Source of the DNA: Lama guanicoe
Taxonomy: Eukaryota
Length of the DNA stretch: 64,000 bases
Direction: 5' to 3'
Assembly: GCA_013239625.1 (NCBI GenBank)
Contig: MU053652.1
Coordinates: 6,687,902 to 6,751,901, forward strand
Shown: positions 27,344-40,219 of the stretch, piece after piece
Layout: each line of letters opens with the position of its first letter
Position numbering within the stretch: the stretch's first letter is position 1
The notes under the pieces: model-generated
Database searches by the model: none
Told to the model about the DNA's origin: nothing
What the model saw: the letters and a program-made list of their open reading frames with translations, nothing else
Position numbers and translations under genes: made by a program

Positions 27344-29667
27344 CTAAAAATCGTAAGATTAAGGAAGGACTTTGTAAAAACTGAAAATTTTTACACTTTG
27401 CAATTACGTTATCTTTATGGTCTTATTTTGCAAATCAAACATGGCACTGAATATATCTTACCTTAATATGAAATACATTTCATAACAATTATGCTCAAAA
27501 TTAACTATACAAAGAAACCTATTTTATTATACTTAGTTTAATACATATAAGGTAAAAGTCAGTTATAACCTATACTTTATTGTCTGTTAAATCAGATAAG
27601 AGCTACTTTTAATTTTTCAATGTTTAAAGTACCAATGCAAGCTTACTATTGCTAATTACTATGGCATTTCATTCCTTTCATTTTGCCCGTCTAGTACCAA
27701 TTATCTGAAAATAGATTTTAAAAAAAAGTACCTGTACATATTTTATATTTTGAATTTAATTCAAATTTAATCTTACAGGCTTTCTCCCCACCTACCCTGA
27801 TTGAATTAGATAGCTAACAATGTCAGAAAGTATACCTAGCACATAAAATGTTCAATAAATGTGTTCCCTTCACTCTTAAATAAATATACCTAAGTTGGGG
27901 ATGTGGAAGGAGGAAGTGGACTGAATTTATGTCAGTGACACTGTTACAATTAGGCTTCATCAAACACTTTGGGTTTAACTGTGTATCCCATAAATAGCTT
28001 CTGGGTCTTTTCCTCAAAGACCAGTCCCCTTTACAAGCACTTCTACCACTGGGTTCACAGCAGACAAAACATAGCTTTGGAAATGTTACATATACTTACT
28101 TTACTATTTACCAGTTGTTGAAAACTTTCACTTTGGGGTCAATGCCTTAAATTATCTTAATATATTTTATTACTTATAAAATGAAGATCATCATTCTATC
28201 TCACAACTATGTGACAAGGTTGTCATGTAGCTCTTATGAAATCACAGTCACAATATGTGAACAACTGTTATTACTGTTAATATTGCTGTTATTGATTAGT
28301 AATATTAATAAATAATTTACTAGATATAATCCGTAATACTAAAGGGCATCTCTTTGTGGCCATAAGGCTTAATTTTTCCTTAATTTACCTAAATTCTGTT
28401 TAATCCTAATAATGATAAGTGTTTGTTGTCCCAATGAAATTTCTGATTTGTCTGGGTTCTTAATGATATTATATACCCAGCATATCAATACTAGTTTAGA
28501 CAAGGCATATTATGAAATATTAATTTTAAAAAATCATTTTAAATGAGTGACTAAATATTAGGGCAGTTAGTTCTGTAACTTTTGAAGATAATGTACCACC
28601 AGACTCTGGAATGTGTTTCTGAAAAATTAATTGCTTCTAGGCCTGGTTGTCAGTTTCCATAGTAATAAGAACATATATTAAAAAGTAAAATATTTAATTT
28701 TTTTAATAATTTTTTCACCATTTCTTTTCTAGAATGGCTCTTGACTTAATAATGCCCATCAAGCAATTGCAGTCAGAAATAAACATTTATCAACTAGTTC
28801 ATAGCTTGACTGGCATACTCAAGATATCCTTGTGACATAAAACGTATTTCTTTTCAGATTAATTGAGACCAGTAATCAAGCTATTGATCAAACTGCCTCC
28901 TGGCTGATTCATGAGATTTGTCATACTATAATAGCAATTGTTAACTAATATGACAGCCAAAAACAAAAACTGCAGATTAAATTAACATGTAACTGACATT
29001 TATTTAGTTATTTGGCTAACGTTCCATATGCTGCAGCATTTTGAGTACTAGATGTTGGATAACTGTGTCTAAGTAATATTTCTAGAAACTTACCATTTCG
29101 TTAGAATCAACTCGACCTAGAACAGTATTACAAGTCAAATACAGGGTTTTTTCACTACCATAAACATATCCAGAAATAAAGTTTGACATTCAAAAACATA
29201 GCATAATGGCCTCCATTTTCAATAGCTACACTTTATTTTTAAAATACGTAAGCATCCAGAGGAAGTATACTTTCTTGTGAACTTGGCACAAAAAACAGCT
29301 TGTACTAAAATTCAAAACACTGTTTTCCCAGAAGCATACATTAGTCACTGTGTGATGCTACCAAATTGAAATAATTTTAGACGTTCTTTACACAGGAAGA
29401 GAAGACCTCTAGGTCTTTTCTTTTCCCCCTTCTAGGCCCTTTTACTCAATCAGGAAAACGCATTGTTACAAACTTTTAAAAGTTTCTGGATCCTGTAGAA
29501 AGACCCAGAACAGTGCCAGGCATGGATCAGTCATTCAACAAGCGCTAACAGGGATCTCAGGCTCAAGGGTTTCTAAACCTTCACCCGTTCCCTAAAGCAG
29601 GCTTCCACCCAAATGCAACAAAAGGTCATAATCCCTGCTCACGGAAGTTCCAGGTATCTCCGCTTAC

Positions 29668-29710
29668 CTCAAGGGTGGACTCCAATTCTGCAAATTTAAT
29701 TTTTAATTCA
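29668..29710 (-). ncRNA. Candidate small exon
   Basis: Strong donor GAG|gtaagc at 29668; possible acceptors gttacag| (29710) or tttgcag| (29687). Confidence 0.3.
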
Positions 29711-29847
29711 CTGTAACATTCAAAACACCCTCACGCGTGAAACAGGACTAGCAGCACGCAGGGACATGGGGTTGTAGGATAATCGAAAACGTGGGCACCA
29801 AAAATCGAGAAAAGCCACGTTCACCAGAAAACAAGGCATTTTGACTT

Positions 29848-29948
29848 TCTTGTAAAACAAAACAAATTGTAAAACAAAACAAAAATTATAAATTCTAGAA
29901 CTACTATAAAAATATTACGAATTGTAAAACAAATTATAAACTATAAAG
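29848..29948. repeat. Imperfect A-rich tandem duplication (ttgtaaaacaaa units)
   Basis: ttgtaaaacaaaacaaa twice in tandem, then ttgtaaaacaaattataaa. Confidence 0.7.
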
Positions 29949-29959
29949 CGAAGCAAAAA

Positions 29960-30650
29960 GCTTCATAAAACATTTCCCTCAGCCACAGCCGGAGAGCCCT
30001 GGGCGGGGGCGAAGCCAAAGGCCCCAGGAGCGGGGCCAGGCTCAGCTGGGCGGTGCTCGTGGCCCGACCGCGGCCGCCACCCACCTTCCCGCCGTCGGCT
30101 CCAGGGGCAGGGCCGCCTCAGCGGGGCCCACGCTGCCCCCACGGCTCCGCCCGAGCCCACAGGGGCGCCGGCGCGGGAACGGGTCCCACCGCAGCCAGAA
30201 GCCCGGCGCCGACGCCGCGCCTCGAGAAGCGGCTGCAGCTGCGGCTCCCGGGCCCTTCCGGGAGCGCCGCTCCCGGGGCAGCCACGTGACGGGCGCTGGG
30301 CGGGGCCGCGCAGCTGGGTCTCATTCCCGCCTTACTGAAACGGAAGCAGGTGGGTTCCATTAAGGCGCTTTTTAACCTTCCCCAGACCTTTGCCTTCTTC
30401 CAGTGATGTTGCCTTTTACTGGCCGCATTTCTGTTGCTTCTGCTAGTCAGGCCCTTCCTTTCCTTTACGTCTTGGCGCTTTTCTCCACGCAAACAGTATT
30501 GGAGTTTCCGGGGATGGATGGCTTTTCTTGTGGGTTCGGGGCTGTGGACTGTGGCTCTGCACCCGCTTCCTCTGCGACGGCGCTCATCAGCCTTGGGTAC
30601 CAGGAGAGCTCAGGCCGCTCTTCCTCCTCTCTCGCCTTTCTAGCAGCAAC
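29960..30650. promoter_or_regulatory. CpG island promoter, possibly bidirectional
   Basis: The only non-repeat GC- and CpG-dense block in the window; GCCACGTGAC E-box at 30281-30290, GC box gggcggggc at 30298-30306, ETS motifs cttccgg at 30255 and cggaag at 30341. Confidence 0.9.
30190..30275 (-). ncRNA. Candidate non-coding first exon (alternative donor at 30085)
   Basis: Lies downstream of the E-box and GC box on the minus strand; donors GCG|gtggga (30190) and AAG|gtgggt (30085); no ATG; TSS position is approximate. Confidence 0.45.
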
Positions 30651-31704
30651 TTGACTCCATCTGGTTTTCGTAGTGTATTTACAAATAAGAAGTGGTCTCC
30701 ATGTAACAATTCTCTGGGGCCCTACTATGCCTCAGTCTTATTCCTGTCCCCCCCCTATGATTTCTGAAAGTATAAACCCAACAAAAAGAATGAGCCCAAC
30801 ACAGAAGAAAGCATTAGCTTAAATGACCACGTTGTTCATTAGGTATGTGATGTAAACTTGGGCACTTCCCTCAGCAACCCCAGTTCCTTGCCCAACCTCC
30901 ACCAAGATAACTCTGAGAGTTTCCTTCTCCCCACCATTAGGCAGAATCACTACCTAATTTTACAGGTAAGGAAACAAAAAGGTTCCATTGTTACATGATG
31001 GACCCAAATTCACATTTCATTAAGAAGTTAGCTCCTGTATGAGAATCAAATAATTATGTTTAAGTTTAGTTTATGGAAAATAATATCCAAGCAGAGAACA
31101 ATGCAATGGAACAAAATCAGAATGGAATAGAATGGATTGGAAGCTCTAAGTCAGCCTGCTGTGTGTGTGTATCTACATTGTTTGCCAAGAAACATTTGAT
31201 AAGGCTTATCAATGATAAATTTGGGCTTTGTCCAAATTTCAGAGCTCATTTAAGTTAACATCTGTCTTCCATGAGTCAGCACTGCCCAAGGAAGCTAGAC
31301 CATCTCTTTGATACTGCAAATTGACTAAGTGTTTTTCAAAGTCAGGACCCATTAACTTAATGAAACTGATTTTTTTGTCTTCACTATGAAATGAAATGTG
31401 TATGGATGCTGTGTGTGTGTATTTGTGTGTGTGTTAGCTAACTAACCTGTGGAAGCTGGGAGACAGTAAAGTTAAAAGTAGGTTGAACTCTGACCCACTA
31501 TGTCCAAAGCAAAATAAAAACAATATCCCCCCAAATATCTATAATTTGGGGGGGGGTTATTGCTGCTTAGTTAAAAGACCTTTATCTGAAACTCTAATTT
31601 TCAACATAACAAGGTAAGAGTTTGTGTTGTTAGAAAAAAGATTTGGTATAAATTGAGGCAGGACACAGCAGGGGAGGAGATAACAAAAGTTCAAGCAATG
31701 ATAG

Positions 31705-32184
31705 TGTTAACATTGCAAAAACAGAGGCCTGATTGAAATAAAGAGCTGTTTATTTGGGGTTCATTAGGACTACAGCCCTGGAGACACAGACTCAAGAAGC
31801 ATTTGAATTGTGTTCTGCTGGACTATAAAATGGAGGAAGCTTATATAGCCAAAATCTGCAAGGCCACAGTTAGTTATATGAGTTGTTTGTCAAGAATCAT
31901 CATTGGAGCTGCCAAGAAGTAAGGGTGCTTGTTAAGCAAGGATGGGTTGAGGTCTGAGATGATTGCATAGTTACAAGGGGTTATCCTGAGACCACAGAGT
32001 TGCAGCTGGCAGATTTTGTTCCAGGTACAGCTGGTGGTATCTTTGGACTGATAACATTCACAGAAAATGCTAGTCCTCGTGGTGCAGGGATGTGTCTATG
32101 ACCAGAGCCTCAGTGGCCACCTGGCTCCATTTTTGTATGCCTGAACTATGATTACCCCACTACAATTTCAGTCTGTCATCAACA
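31705..32184 (-). mobile_element. Solo ERV1-like LTR
   Basis: Bounded by TGTT...AACA; reverse polyA signal (tttatt) near 31750; ctccatttt motif near the other end; no clean TSD. Confidence 0.65.
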
Positions 32185-34159
32185 GCATTCCTGTGGTGAG
32201 ACAGGCAAATAGAAAGCATTCAAGTACCTGGCAACAGGAAGGCTGTGGACAGCAGGTAAAGCATAATCAGATAGTGGCATCATGTGATAAGCCGAAAGAT
32301 GAGCCCAGATTTAAAGTGTTGAAAGGAAAGTTCACTAATAAGTAACAGGTTCTGGCAGTTTGATGAATTCTGACTTCTGATTGCTTACAATTGGATGGAC
32401 TATAATTCAGACTGGGTCAGACTGCAGAAACCCAGCCAAGACAGGTAAATTCAGCAACAGGTCTCCTGCCATGTGGAGAAAGATACAGTACTTGAAAACC
32501 TGTGTCCATAAATAGAGAAAAAGTGGAGAAAGCATCAAAGTAGGTTAAAAACAAAGGTTAAAAGTAGAGCCCTTGAGGCACACAGCAAGGAAAAAGACCC
32601 AGGTTAGGAATCTAGTCCAGACTGGCCCAGCAGTTGGGCTGATTTGATAAAAAACATTTTACTCGCTTAGGTTTTGTCAAGCATTTACTGTAATTAGTGT
32701 TAAGCACATAATAGTACTGAAGGTCCAACGATGAATAAAAGGGAAGTCTTAAAATACACCTGGCATATTCTCTTTTGGAACTGATGGATGATAAAAATCA
32801 GAAAGAAACCCGTAACCTTCTGAAGGTGGAAAATCAGAGGGTGACAGGAATGACCAGTGATTGGGAATGGTCGACAGAATGATAAACCCCTTTTTAAAGT
32901 AAATCGTAAGTAATTATTGTGGTGGGGCTGGTCTGTGAGCCATCATCAAATGTAAAATTGTGGGTATTTGCATGACAGCAGTATCTTGCAATGAAATTGA
33001 AAGTTAACTGTTGATAGATCAAATCATCAGTATAAATGGAATGAGCGAAGATAGAGAATCCAAATGCAATACAAACTACCATGTGTAATAAGAATGAATG
33101 AATTCAGTGCACCTGTGAAGTAACGGACCCTGGAGAAATTCTCTGAGTCTATTAGACGCTTGGTCAAAGACTCCTCATACCCTTGCTCAGTAATGAGTGG
33201 CTTCTGCTAGTTTGGCCCATGTCCACACAGGCTCAGGAAATGGGAAGCAGTTGTTAAAGGTACAGGCCTAATTAGATGACATTTGAACAACTCTCTCTTG
33301 AGAACAAGTATTTCAAAAGTCTCCCACAATTGGAATTTGAGGGATAAGAATGTATGATACAACATTTTACAGCCTGTCTACCTGAGGACTTCACTTGTAC
33401 TGGGGTGAACAGACAAATAAGATCAAACTCATATACCAAGATCAAGATATGCTGGGATGTGCTACAGTCCAGTATGCTTTCCACATTCAAGCAGTTTCAA
33501 TCCCAGGAGAAGCTGTCACCGTGAGACAGCAGGGAAAAATGCAAGAGAGGCATGTGGAGCGAGAAACAGATGAGTAACTCTTGAGCATCTTTCCAGGAAC
33601 CCCAGAAAATGTAATTGCATAGCAGCTGTGAAGATGAATGGCATACTTGGCAGAAAACAGGGTGACTGGCGCAAAATATTGGGAGCATACGGAAATATGC
33701 TGGGAGCACACTGGGCCATTTGGAAATGAGGAAACCGTACTTTTTGTATGATGTCTCAGAAACCCATTTTTGAAGTCTGGGGACACTAGTTGGAGCCACA
33801 TACGTGGTAGGAGGACATCTCAGAAAAGAGATACCTTGCTATCATTTTTTTATCATTACTGTATCCCAGTGCTGAGTGATTTGTAAAATTACCTACTGTG
33901 AGACATAATCTCTAGCCTCCAGTAACTGGTAACATAGAGGGAAATATTGATATATAAATATAACCAAAATACATTGTGATCATTGTTAATGGATACAAAT
34001 AAAAATATGCAGAGAAATAGAGCTGGCATGAGGCAGGAAGCATTTGGCTATGTTTAGAGAATGAGAGTCGAGAAAAGGCTTCACAGTGCAGAGACAATTA
34101 AGCATAATCATGATTAATTATTCCATGATAATAGATTATTCCACAAATAATAAAAATCA

Positions 34160-34700
34160 TATCTGAAATGGAACTCCTTTTACTTTATCTATCTATCTAT
34201 CTATCCCTGCATTCCCTACGGGGGTTCATGGAACCAACAAGGCTTCTAAACCAGAAGTCTGGGCACCATCCTAATCACCCCCTCCTCCCCCTACCTTTCC
34301 CTGATCCCAGTTAGCAATTTAGCTGATCACATCTCCTTGCAATTTCTATCTCTTATTTTTCAAATGTTTTCTCTTTTTCTATCCCATTGCCACCACCTCA
34401 TTTCCTGTTTTCACTATCTCCTGATTATAGTCCGTTGATAGCCATCTAATTGAGTATCCTTTCTCTAGTCTTTTTGTTTTCCTATCTTTCCCTCCACCTA
34501 ACCACCAAGATGGCCTCTCTAAATGTTAAGTCTAACCATATCTGTCCTCTGCTTAAAATCTTTCACAGGGCACTCAAGCCAAGCCCCACTCAATACTCAA
34601 CTGCTGTCCATTCTCTTCTCCTCTTGCCATTCTCCTCATTTAAATTATATAAGATAGTAACATTAAATCCTTTGAATGCATGCAGGTAATTTTCTGTCTG
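34160..34700 (+). mobile_element. L2 fragment
   Basis: ccagaagtctgggcaccatcct...ctctaaatgttaagtctaaccatatctgtcctctgcttaaaatcttt. Confidence 0.6.
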
Positions 34701-35318
34701 TCCCTTCATTCTACTTTTATATCTTAAAGTCAAATATCAACTGTTAAATTATTAATCATAAATTATGAAATTGCTAATTATCCTGTGTAATCTTAGATTC
34801 AAAATAACCAAATATTTCAATATAAATCCAGTGACTCTAAAATAAAGTACTGTGAACACTTTATATTTTTATCCTGATTGATCTATCTTTACCACTTCAG
34901 TTTCCATCATTAAAACAAGGTAATTTTTCAAATATGCATGTTTTTTAAGGAAGTTCTCAAAGAGACAAACACATTCGGATTCTAGAACTACTTGGTTTTT
35001 TTTTTTGTTTGTTTGTTTGTTTGCTTGCTTGTTTTTTAGAAATCATTTGATATTCTGTAAAGTGAATAGAAATAGGTCTGCGGGACCCAGGAATCTGCGG
35101 TTTTAGCTCCAGCCCTGCTACTCACTACATGTGTGGACATGTTTTAAGTCACTTTACTCGTCTCGATCTCACGCTTAGCTATAGAGCATTAAACAACATG
35201 AACACTCAACACTCTTTTTCTCAAGTTATATGACTCCAGTAGGGCTAGCAAGTTTGCAAGACCAGGGTGGTATCCAAATAAGGTTATGAAGTCTGCTCTC
35301 TTGCTGCAAAAGAAACTA

Positions 35319-35511
35319 TAGTTGACCCTTGAACAATACAGGTTTAAACTTCAAGGGCCCACTTATATATGAATTTTTTTCAATAGTAAATACTATAGTA
35401 CTACATGATCTGTGGCTGGTGGAGTTGGGAATGCAGGACCACCAATTTGGAGCCGACTATAAGTTGTATGCAGATTTTTGACTGCGTAGAGGGTCGTTCA
35501 AGGGTCAACTG
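35319..35511. mobile_element. Tigger-derived MITE (MER8/Tigger2-like)
   Basis: Terminal inverted repeats (c/t)agttgacccttgaac and gttcaagggtcaactg; TA on the left flank. Confidence 0.85.
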
Positions 35512-35514
35512 TGC

Positions 35515-36280
35515 TAGTGGCTTAAAATAGCCATTTTGTTTCACTGGCAAATTTATGGATCCAGAATTTGGGGATGGCTTAGCTAGTGATTTGATCACTG
35601 ATCTACGTGGCACCAGCTGGGGTGGATAAGGCTAGGCTATCCACTTCAAAGATGATTTCTTCACTCACATATCTAGCATTTTAAAGATCCTTCCCCTCCC
35701 CCACCTCTTTTTCTCCTTCCCTGGCATCACAGCCCCCATGGTCTCTTTCCACATGCCTTGGCTTCTCAAATATAAAATTTTCAGTCTTCTTACATGGTTG
35801 CTAGCTTTCCCCAGAACAAGTGTTCCAAGAGACCCAGATACAAGACTTTTTATGACCCAGCCTCAGAAGTCTCAGAACATCACATCATCATTAAAATAAC
35901 CATTGTTTATAACAAAACAGAAGCAGACTCACAGGTATAGAAAACAAACTAGTGGTTACCAATGGGGGGAGGGAAGGTGGGAGGGGAAATTTAGGAGCAA
36001 GGAATTCGGAGATACAAACTACTATGTATAAGTTATGTAAGCAACAAGGATATATTGTACAGCACAAGGAAATATAGCCATTATTTTGTAATAACTTAAA
36101 TGGAGTATAATCTATACAAATATTAAATCACTATGTTTTACACCTGAAACTAATATAATATCGTAGATCATACATATATATAAAAGAACATCACACATCA
36201 TCACATCGTCTAATTACATAGGCCAGTTCAGAATTAAACTGCACCTGTCATATGGAGGAATAACAAAGAATTAATAGGCT
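35515..36280 (-). mobile_element. MaLR (MLT1-like) LTR interrupted by an L1 3' end
   Basis: agtggcttaaaatagccatttt...ccagaacaagtgttccaagaga...tgacccagcctcagaagtc. Confidence 0.6.
35900..36184 (+). mobile_element. 5'-truncated L1 3'UTR
   Basis: acaaaacagaagcagactcacaggtatagaaaacaaactagtggttacc...cacctgaaactaatataata; flanked by duplicated agaacatcaca. Confidence 0.8.
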
Positions 36281-36809
36281 AACAAGATCAAATCGCAATA
36301 GTGCCATTTTTCTAACTCTGTTATATTTTTCAGTACTCTAATTCTCAGGAGTCTGGAATTCCTGATCAGAATCTCTTATATCCTTAAGAGTGCCAAGCAA
36401 AACAGTGAAAAACAAAGCAAAACAAAACAAAACAGAAAAAAAAAAAACCCAGCAGCAAAGTAGCATGAGATAGAAATGTTTAACAACAATATGAGCTGGG
36501 TAATGTGTACGGAATGTTTTTGATTATAAATGAGACTCGTCTTGCTGCCTTCCATAGTTTGTAGAAATATGTGCACACCCACAGTGAGCTACTGGTGCTC
36601 TCAGTATCAATGAACATTAACTTATCTGTTTATGCATATTTGTTGAAACTGACAATATTTCAAAGGCACACTTCGCTGCATCCCATCAGATTAGAAGCAA
36701 TGTACATTGTTTGGAAATAAGAAGAGAAGCATATCAAATATCAAAAAAGAGTATTCTTCAAGAAGGTAGTATTTCTTTTAGTCACTGTTTAGCCTTCAAA
36801 GATATAACT

Positions 36810-37148
36810 ACATTTTCTATGAATTTTATTTTTCACATACCTCATCCTTCATCACATAACTCAATGCAAACATGCAGCGGGTATTTTCTAGTTATTTGGG
36901 TTTGCTCAAGTACTTACAGTTTATGGAGATTAGTGCCCCAGAATTAACTGCAGGGATTGTTGGGTACACTGACACCATACTAGGGTGGCAGTTTTGTAAA
37001 ATCTAGTCCTCTAATTTATATTGTGACTACTAATTGCCTGGGTTTGGACACAGAGAAGAAATGGGAATGGGAATGCGAATCTCTGGATGAGGTTGATCTG
37101 TTCATTCTCCTGCTAGAGTTTACAGAATTGATTCTACCAACTAAAATC
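36810..37148 (-). other. Candidate exon 3 (terminal, or internal via a donor at 36841) of the TATA-driven unit
   Basis: Acceptor atttgcatccctttag|GATT at 37148; AATAAA at 36830-36825; alternative donor GAG|gtatgt at 36841. Confidence 0.4.
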
Positions 37149-39372
37149 CTAAAGGGATGCAAATATATGAGCAGAATTAAACCAAACAATGGAAAAACCT
37201 TGGGAGCTTCAGATTGAAAACATTTTGTCATGATCAGCTTCATGAATACACTTCACCTGTAATTTCTGTTGTTTCACAGAGAAAAATAATGACCCTATAA
37301 AATTTATGTTGTTGGACAGGGACCTGATAACGCTGCAAGGGGCCAATCATTAAGTTGTGTCTAGATCCATTATGTTATTTTCCATAAAAGTGACCATTAG
37401 TGATTGAGAGTACAATCTACCATTCTAATAAACATTTCTATATAGTTTTCAAAGTCTTAATACTTAAAAAATAGTAACCATTGTAGCATCATTAAAGTTT
37501 TGTTTTGTTTTGTTTTGTTTTGCCTTAAGTCAGGGGCAGGTGCAGCCTAATGTAAGGAACACTGAACTTAAAGTAGAGGTAGTAAAATCCAAAATGAGTT
37601 AATAAACCAAGCAGAGGTTTCCTTGTTTACAAAATGAGAATTAAAAAGACTTTCTAAGCTATTTGTGGAAAGAATTTCATGTTCACAAAAAAACATATAT
37701 ATATACACAAAACAAATATAGATAGATGTGTTATATAAAATGCTTGTATGTATATAAAGGTGAACATATGTTTATATTTGTAAATATAAAAGAGAAAAAC
37801 TAACATAATATTGACATATTTTAAACATTTTATCAAGAAAGCACATTAATAGCAAAGAAGTCCTATCGACTTATCATTAATGCTTCAAAAGATAGAGGCT
37901 AATTCAAAACAAATTATTAGAAAGATAAATATCAGTATCTATTATAGTTTATGGAAATAATACTATACTGCTCTCATGTCTTTCTGTTCACTGTGGACCA
38001 GTGAAATCTTCAAAAAGGACAAGGACTACAAAAGAAATATTTTAGAGTTAATGGGATAAATTAATTGTTCAAAGCATCAGAGCTAGTAAGACTCAGGATT
38101 AGAATCTCATTGTTTCCACTGCCCTGTATTCTTTTTTATAAATTTACAGTTTTTAGTTCTTGCAATGGACATGAAGCATTATCATCACAGCTTATACCTA
38201 CTATATATTCCATGAGGAATATAATTATATGTATTAGGCTATGATCACTGGGAGAGATGGAAAAGAAAGATTAAATTGATATTTTCTATGAATCCACTTG
38301 ACAGTCATAAAACTACCAATAGTAAAACTATACACAAAGATTTACATTGTTGGACTTTGGGGAGCTATTTGATTTACACTTTCCAATGTATTAATTCTAC
38401 TTCATTACCTCTATACTTCCATCCTGCTGCTTAAGCAATGGGCTTTCTACACAAATTAAAATCAGCTGCAGACAAAAGGTTGGTTTGTCTTTTACTTGTG
38501 TTTTCATCACTGACAGTGTTGGAACTCAAAAGAGAATTCCCAACAATTAGAGAACCAGTCAGCCGTAGAAGGAAAGTTCAGGGAATTGAGAGAAGAATCT
38601 TTGTTTTCCCACAGATTTTGAACTTTGAAAGTTACAGAGATCTCTTACATTTTGTCTTCATGCTATAGTTGTTTTTCTACAGTGTGCTCTGTCTTCCTCT
38701 TCATGCTTTTGCTCTACTACTTTTCTGATTTCTAAGTTCTACTTTTTAAAAATACTATTTAAGTTTGAGTTACACTTGTCATCCTAGGAAGAAGAAGCCT
38801 CCTATACTATCATTTTCTTCTCCATCTCTTTTCCCAGAGTAATCTATTAAACTTTCCAGATCTTGCATAGTGCTTCTTTGAGGTTTCTTTTTGTTTTTGT
38901 ATATTATGTATAAATAAGTTACATAGATAGACAGATAGATAGATATCATAGATCTTTTATATGTACTTATTTACATATTTATTTATATTAAATGTAAATA
39001 TAATTTGTATTTTACTTTTTTACAGTCAGATGGAGTTGTTTTTTTTTTTAGACACAGAAAAACAATTGTAGGGACAAGGGTTTATAAAATTCTGTTAGCC
39101 TTGTATCACATTTTTGAAGCTTCCAGTTCCTAAGTACAGTTCACTTTCTACACTGGATATCTCATAACTACCGATTACGATCAAAAAACATGTGGCTGCA
39201 CCCAGCCCTAAGGGGCTCACACCTGCAAGAATGAAAGCTCAGGCAAGGAGGCCACTTTGGTCCTCTCAAAGCAGTTCAAGTATCAGTCTGTTAGAAAGTC
39301 TCCTTCAATATCGCATAATACTTTCCATCTTGAAGCGTAACTGCTGCCTTTGACAGACAGTCCATCACTTAC

Positions 39373-39454
39373 CTCCCACTTACCATGGCTCCCTGTGTAT
39401 TCGCAGACACACAGAATTGGAAAGTACGCATAATCAATGACGGTGTTGTACGGC
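39373..39454 (-). other. Candidate internal exon with tandem GTAAGT donors (71 or 82 nt)
   Basis: Acceptor tttatcaatttcag|GCCG; donors ATG|gtaagt (39384) and GAG|gtaagt (39373); 4 CpGs in 71 nt; two frames open. Confidence 0.55.
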
Positions 39455-40058
39455 CTGAAATTGATAAAGTTAACACTCCTTAGAAAGAGAACGGAAATAA
39501 TAGACTTGATATCTTCTGAATCAAGCTTTACAAAGTTCAAATTATTTTTAATAGAAACCATTAAAGATAAATTTTAAAAAGCCAGTGTACATGTACAAAT
39601 ATGTACAGCAATCCATAAAACATATGACTTCCTGGTTATATAATTGGGAAAGTCAAAAATTCTTTTGAGAGAAATGAGGCAGAAGAAAGCAGTAAGATCC
39701 CCATAATAATCAGTTACACAAGCAGCTTTTTACAATTGTAAAATTCCCCAGAAAATTTCTTGATAATGTGAAATCACAATATCAAAATATAAGGATAATG
39801 ATATTTGTAAGTGTGATACAGTTTTTACAGGACATTCATCTGCATAAAAACCAGCTCTTAGAGCTTCATTCTAATTTTGATCCAGAACTAAAAATAACAT
39901 GGTGAAGCTACAATTTGATCTACTAATCTCAATATCAAATACTCTAACTTAGAAAACCTGAAATCTCCATGAAATAGCTACTATTTATTACAAAAATTTG
40001 AGTCTTGTAATCATTTAAAGAAAAAAAAATAAGACTTTCCTGTTATTTTTTCACACAG

Positions 40059-40219
40059 ATACACTTAGCTCTGTTAAGGAGAAGTTTATGAGTCCTTCTC
40101 TCAACGACTTCTCCCAAGTTGTGCTGACTTAATAAGGCCATGGGTGTGATATTCTCCAAGCCCTGTATGCCACTTGCTGACTAGCAGTTCTCAGAAGAAT
40201 TGTACTGGAACTGGGGCAG
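40059..40219 (+). ncRNA. Candidate non-coding exon (161 nt)
   Basis: Acceptor ctttcctgttattttttcacacag| and perfect donor CAG|gtaagt; stops in all three frames. Confidence 0.45.

Noticed and set aside
29963..30767. ORFs across the CpG island
   Set aside because: Pro/Ala/Gly/Arg-rich frames expected from GC content, mostly non-ATG starts, no recognisable protein
33659..33802. Possible hAT-Blackjack-like MITE (cagggtgac...ggagccacata)
   Set aside because: Terminal repeats too degenerate to call
39283..39561. 92-aa unspliced ORF MVSIKNNLNF...
   Set aside because: It runs through a clear acceptor and two donors; only the 39373-39454 part looks exonic
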